Assembly (NCBI GenBank): GCA_965287045.1 | Contig: OZ336881.1 | Span: forward strand, 22,258,001-22,322,000 | Origin: Carcharhinus amblyrhynchos | Taxonomy: Eukaryota | Reading direction: 5' to 3' | Length of the DNA stretch: 64,000 bases | In this document: positions 60,291-64,000 of the stretch, piece by piece | How positions within the stretch are numbered: position 1 is the stretch's first letter | Layout: each line of letters starts with the position of its first letter | Notes under the pieces: model-generated | What the model was told of the DNA's origin: nothing | Databases searched by the model: none | Seen by the model: the letters and a program-made list of their open reading frames with translations, nothing else | Translations under genes and position numbers: made by a program

Positions 60291-62062
60291 AGCCCTCACA
60301 CCCACGCGCTCCCTCTGCCCACTCATGCCATCCTATGCTGGCCCCTGCCTCCCATCCACCCGCCATGGCCCCTCATGCCAATTACGTCCCCAAACACTCC
60401 CAGTGCTTCCATACTCCTATACCAAACCACACTCCCTATCACACACCCCCTTCACTCCCACAATGCCAACGCAAACCCTCACCACACACACTCATTGCTT
60501 CCAAAGCCCCATTCCAACTTTGTGCCCGCTACCACTGCTCCCATTTTCCCCATAGCCCCACATCAACTTGGGACTGATTCATACTAACCCTTGCCCTCCA
60601 ATCACCACCATTTGCCCTTGCCTCCTCCATGCCAACTCACCTAGTTCCTTGGGAAGTTCTTTGATAGCTTTGACACTCCTGAACCGGTTTTGACGTTTCC
60701 TGGACAGGTTTGACAGCTGTTGTGATCAGTTGAGACAGGTTAACCGTCTCTCCTCTATTCAACATCTTTGGTCAGTCACAACAAACATTTAAGTCTCTTT
60801 TTCACAAAGAAATGTCTTTTCCAAATCAAATTGTATTTAACTATTTAAACTGTGATCAATAAGGAACTAATCAAATAAGGTTTACTTGAGTCAAAAAAAG
60901 ACCGCATGTATTAATTAACTGTGAGAAATATAAATTTGATGTGATGCAGTCGACTCTCACGCTGTCACTTGATCATGCATGCATGTGCTCACATGTATCA
61001 GAGATAAGGTGAGTTAAAGTCCAATAAAAAAAGTTTATAAAAGTATACAGTCAAGTGCTCTTTTCTAGGTTTTCTAGGCTATTCTGCAGCTGAATAGGGT
61101 TAGTTAGTTTCTTGGATGCGATCGGATGCAGAAGACATTCCAATTATTCTGAGATTTTGGTTCACTGTTAGTTTTAAGCTACAGTTGGTGCCTTGAACCA
61201 GATGGCACTCATTCCAAAAGAGAGGAAGAGAGATCCTGTTTCCTCTACTGAAAACTTTCTTGACACCATCTGTGTCACTTGCAATCTCTCTCTAGTCACT
61301 GGGCAGCCTTGCCATGAAATACTTCACCCAGTGACATTTCCAAGAGGTTTTAGATGTATCTGTCTGTGGCAACCATTGTTTCGATACCCAGTACTTTACA
61401 TTTTTGATTACTCTTCCTTAGACATTTAGTAATTTCAGCAGGTGTCTGGATTATAGCAAATGTCTCTCTTCACACTCCTGAGGGTGATTTGTTTGTTTCT
61501 CTTTCACCTTGGAATGTGACTTGCATTTTTAAACAGTTTGTTCTGTTTCAGTTCAAATTGCAAAATTCCCAGTCAATTAAATGTTGAAAAATCATGTTTT
61601 CAAAAATAAAGCGGCACAGCATTGTAACATAGCTTTGACACTTGTGATTTGACAGCTGAAGAGCCTTTTAACAATTCCTTGACAGCTGGACAGTTTCTTG
61701 GCAGCTTGACAATGCCAATGCATTTTTGCGTTACAATCCCAAAGGATGCCTTACTTCTTCGAACTCTCTCCAAAGACATACCCTGGCTATCCAAATAAAT
61801 CCACCCAGTTCAAACTACTTGTATCTGTTTTAATCTGCATACTCCAGGTTTCACACTCCTGAATTTCCAAAATCGCACTTCAGTGGGCAGTTGATCATTT
61901 GAATGGCTGGCTGACTTCATGAGTCATGCAGGCCTCAATCCAACTCCAGTCCCATCCACAAAGATAGAAGTGCTGGCTTCGGGCCCAGATCTTAGAAACC
62001 TCGGCCATTTCTGAGATTTTTACCACAACAGAAAGTCGTTCCACCATGCTGAAAATCTGGGA
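60290..62062. mobile_element. Possible old Harbinger-type element
   Basis: C-rich low-complexity start; TIR-like ..GAAAATCTGGG end; faint Myb/SANT-like spacing (SVEETGSLF..ASKKLTN) on minus at ~61090-61255. Confidence 0.3.
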
Positions 62063-62152
62063 TACAAGTTATATGTTATAACACATGAATTATGAACCAG
62101 ATGCATGCAACACTGTTTATTAACCTTTTCTGGTGCACCTTATCAATCGTCC

Positions 62153-62247
62153 GGGGGTGTGTGGGGGGGGGGGGGGGGGGTTTAGTCGGTGCAGACTCAA
62201 TGGGCCAAATAGTCTTTCTTTGCACTATAAGGATCCTATGGTTCTAA
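62153..62247 (+). repeat. poly-G run followed by an HE1/CR1-type 3' tail
   Basis: G-run at 62163-62180, then GGTGCAGACTCAATGGGCCAAAT..GGATCCTATGGTTCTA. Confidence 0.75.
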
Positions 62248-62249
62248 GG

Positions 62250-64000
62250 TACGTCCTTTAAAAAAAATGGATAAACTGTCAAATAGGATTTCCCTTTCAT
62301 AAAACCACATCAAACTATTTTAAGCGCATTGTTAAGACTTCCTTAATAAAGGAGTCCAGCATTTATCCCAACAATTGATGTCAGACTAGTCGAACTGTCA
62401 TTCCCTATTTTCTCTACTTCCTTTCATGAAAAGAAATTGCAAACTTTCAATCTGCAGTAAACATTCCTGATTTTATAAGATTTTAGAAAATCATATCTAA
62501 CATATCCACATATCGCCGTAGCTATCACTTTTAAAAGTCCAGGATATAGCTATCAGATTCTAGACACTGTTAGATTTTAAACCCTTAGATTTACCCAGTC
62601 CCTTTTCGCTGCTGACATGAATTACCTTAATTTCTTCACTCAACCCCTAGGTTACTCTTTAGTTTTGGTATATAGTTTGTGTCTTTTACTGCGAAGACAG
62701 ACACAAAATATTTGATGAATTTCCTTGCCATTTCCTCATTCGCCATGATAATTTCCTCTGCTTCTAAGGGACCAATGTTTACTTCAGTTACTCTCTTCCT
62801 CATTATATAGTTTGAAAAGTTCTGACAATTTTGTTTCGGTTAGTTTACAATTGTTTTCTGCGATCAATTTTGGTGGCCCCTTGCTGGTTTCTAAAGCACC
62901 CTCACTCATCAGACTTATTATTTACAACATTATATACCGCTTATTTTCATCTAACATTATCCTTAACTTCCTCAGTAAGCTAAGCCTCTTGCTGAGTTTT
63001 TGTTTTTCAATAAAACTGTTTTTGATGAACATTTCAAATTGTTAATCGAAAGTTTCCCACTGTTTATTTACCACCATACTTATTCACCCAATCAACCTTA
63101 AGCAACTCTGCCCGATGTAAGTGGTTTTGTTTAAGTTAAAGATTCTTGTTTGTATATCATTTTCAAACTTGATGTGGAAGTCCATTGTATTTTGAACTCT
63201 TTTTGCTTGTGGATCTTTGACTGTGATGTTTCTAATTAATCTGTCTCAATGAGCAATGCACCAATTTGATTGGTCCACTCTATAAGCATACTAAAGCCCC
63301 ACACAATTTGTACACAACTTTTGTAACAAGCTGCAATAATTTATTCTTAAAGCTTTGTCAGATGGTATACCAACTGTTAGGAGATACTCGTTCATAATCT
63401 CCACCCATACAGATTCTACTTTCTTATTTTGTGAGCCGAGATCCTTTCTCATTAACATTCTTATGTCACCTTTGATTATTAGGGCTCTCTCTCCTTTTGC
63501 ATTCTGTTTGTTCTCTCAAAGTGTTATATACCCTTAAATATTTATTTCCATCTTGTAACCATTGGTGATTAGATCCAAACTACCTATCTCCATTTGTGCC
63601 ACAATTTCACCTATCTAATTGCAGATGCTTCATACATTCAGATAAAGTTAATGCAATTTTTAAAAAACTACTATTCCCTCATGGACCTTACACTTTGATG
63701 TATTATTACCATTAAATGCTCCGCCCCTTCTTGCCTCACACAACTTGTCTCTACCAACATTAATATACTTTTTGATCGCCTCAACTTTTACCTTTGGGTT
63801 TCTAAATCTCCCTTTATCTGATCCATCCTCCCTCTTTGTTGTTTTAAAGCCATTTTTCCTTTATTTTAACCATATTTTCCAGTCCACTTGTACGTTTGTA
63901 CGTCCTGTCCTTTCCTGACACACTCTGGCTACCATTACCTGTATTCCTACCCTGCACTATTGTCTTGTCCTTTTTCTTTAACTTTCCAAATCTCTCCTCA
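62250..64000 (-). mobile_element. Old CR1 ORF2 (RT start and AP endonuclease), running off the window
   Basis: FYEREILFD/SLTSIVG..LESFIKE-like remnants at 62270-62400; VESVWVEI at ~63395-63425. Confidence 0.65.

Noticed and set aside
60196-60587. Pro/Thr/His-rich ORFs (also 52493-53267)
   Set aside because: C-rich low-complexity DNA inside repeat-derived segments
61170-61330. Pogo/Tigger CENP-B-like motif (GCPVTRERLQV..FKA)
   Set aside because: Too short and degenerate, and a Harbinger Myb-like origin fits about as well; needs an HMM search
1-64000. CRISPR array, prokaryotic operon or endogenous viral gene
   Set aside because: No regularly spaced repeat-spacer structure; every interpretable long ORF belongs to a known eukaryotic TE family

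Overview
This is vertebrate, very likely shark (elasmobranch), genomic DNA: an AT-rich intronic or intergenic stretch in which I could not recognise any host protein-coding exon, rRNA gene, genuine tRNA gene or CRISPR array. The taxonomic call rests on HE1/V-SINE-type SINEs, a Deu-domain SacSINE1-like SINE and HER1/CR1 LINEs. More than half of the window is transposable-element derived. It holds five young, 5'-truncated CR1 copies, all on the minus strand (one with an intact ~480-codon RT frame), and many older CR1, L2, Rex1/Babar, RTE and L1 fragments. It also holds GIY-YIG Penelope-like elements (PLEs), solo LTRs, and PIF/Harbinger-type MITEs with a decayed transposase, often nested three or four deep with readable target-site duplications (TSDs). 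The most interesting structure is in the PLE pseudo-LTRs (pLTRs). Seven copies carry a minimal type-I hammerhead ribozyme with a loop-less palindromic stem III. The inverted (fold-back) insertions repeatedly end at the same point, ~42 nt short of the full pLTR end, inside an 8-bp hairpin. Several TE-free, TAAT-rich blocks look like conserved non-coding element candidates, but that is inference only. I found no clearly new gene system. All assignments are by eye from motifs and recalled family consensuses, so boundaries of old elements are approximate.
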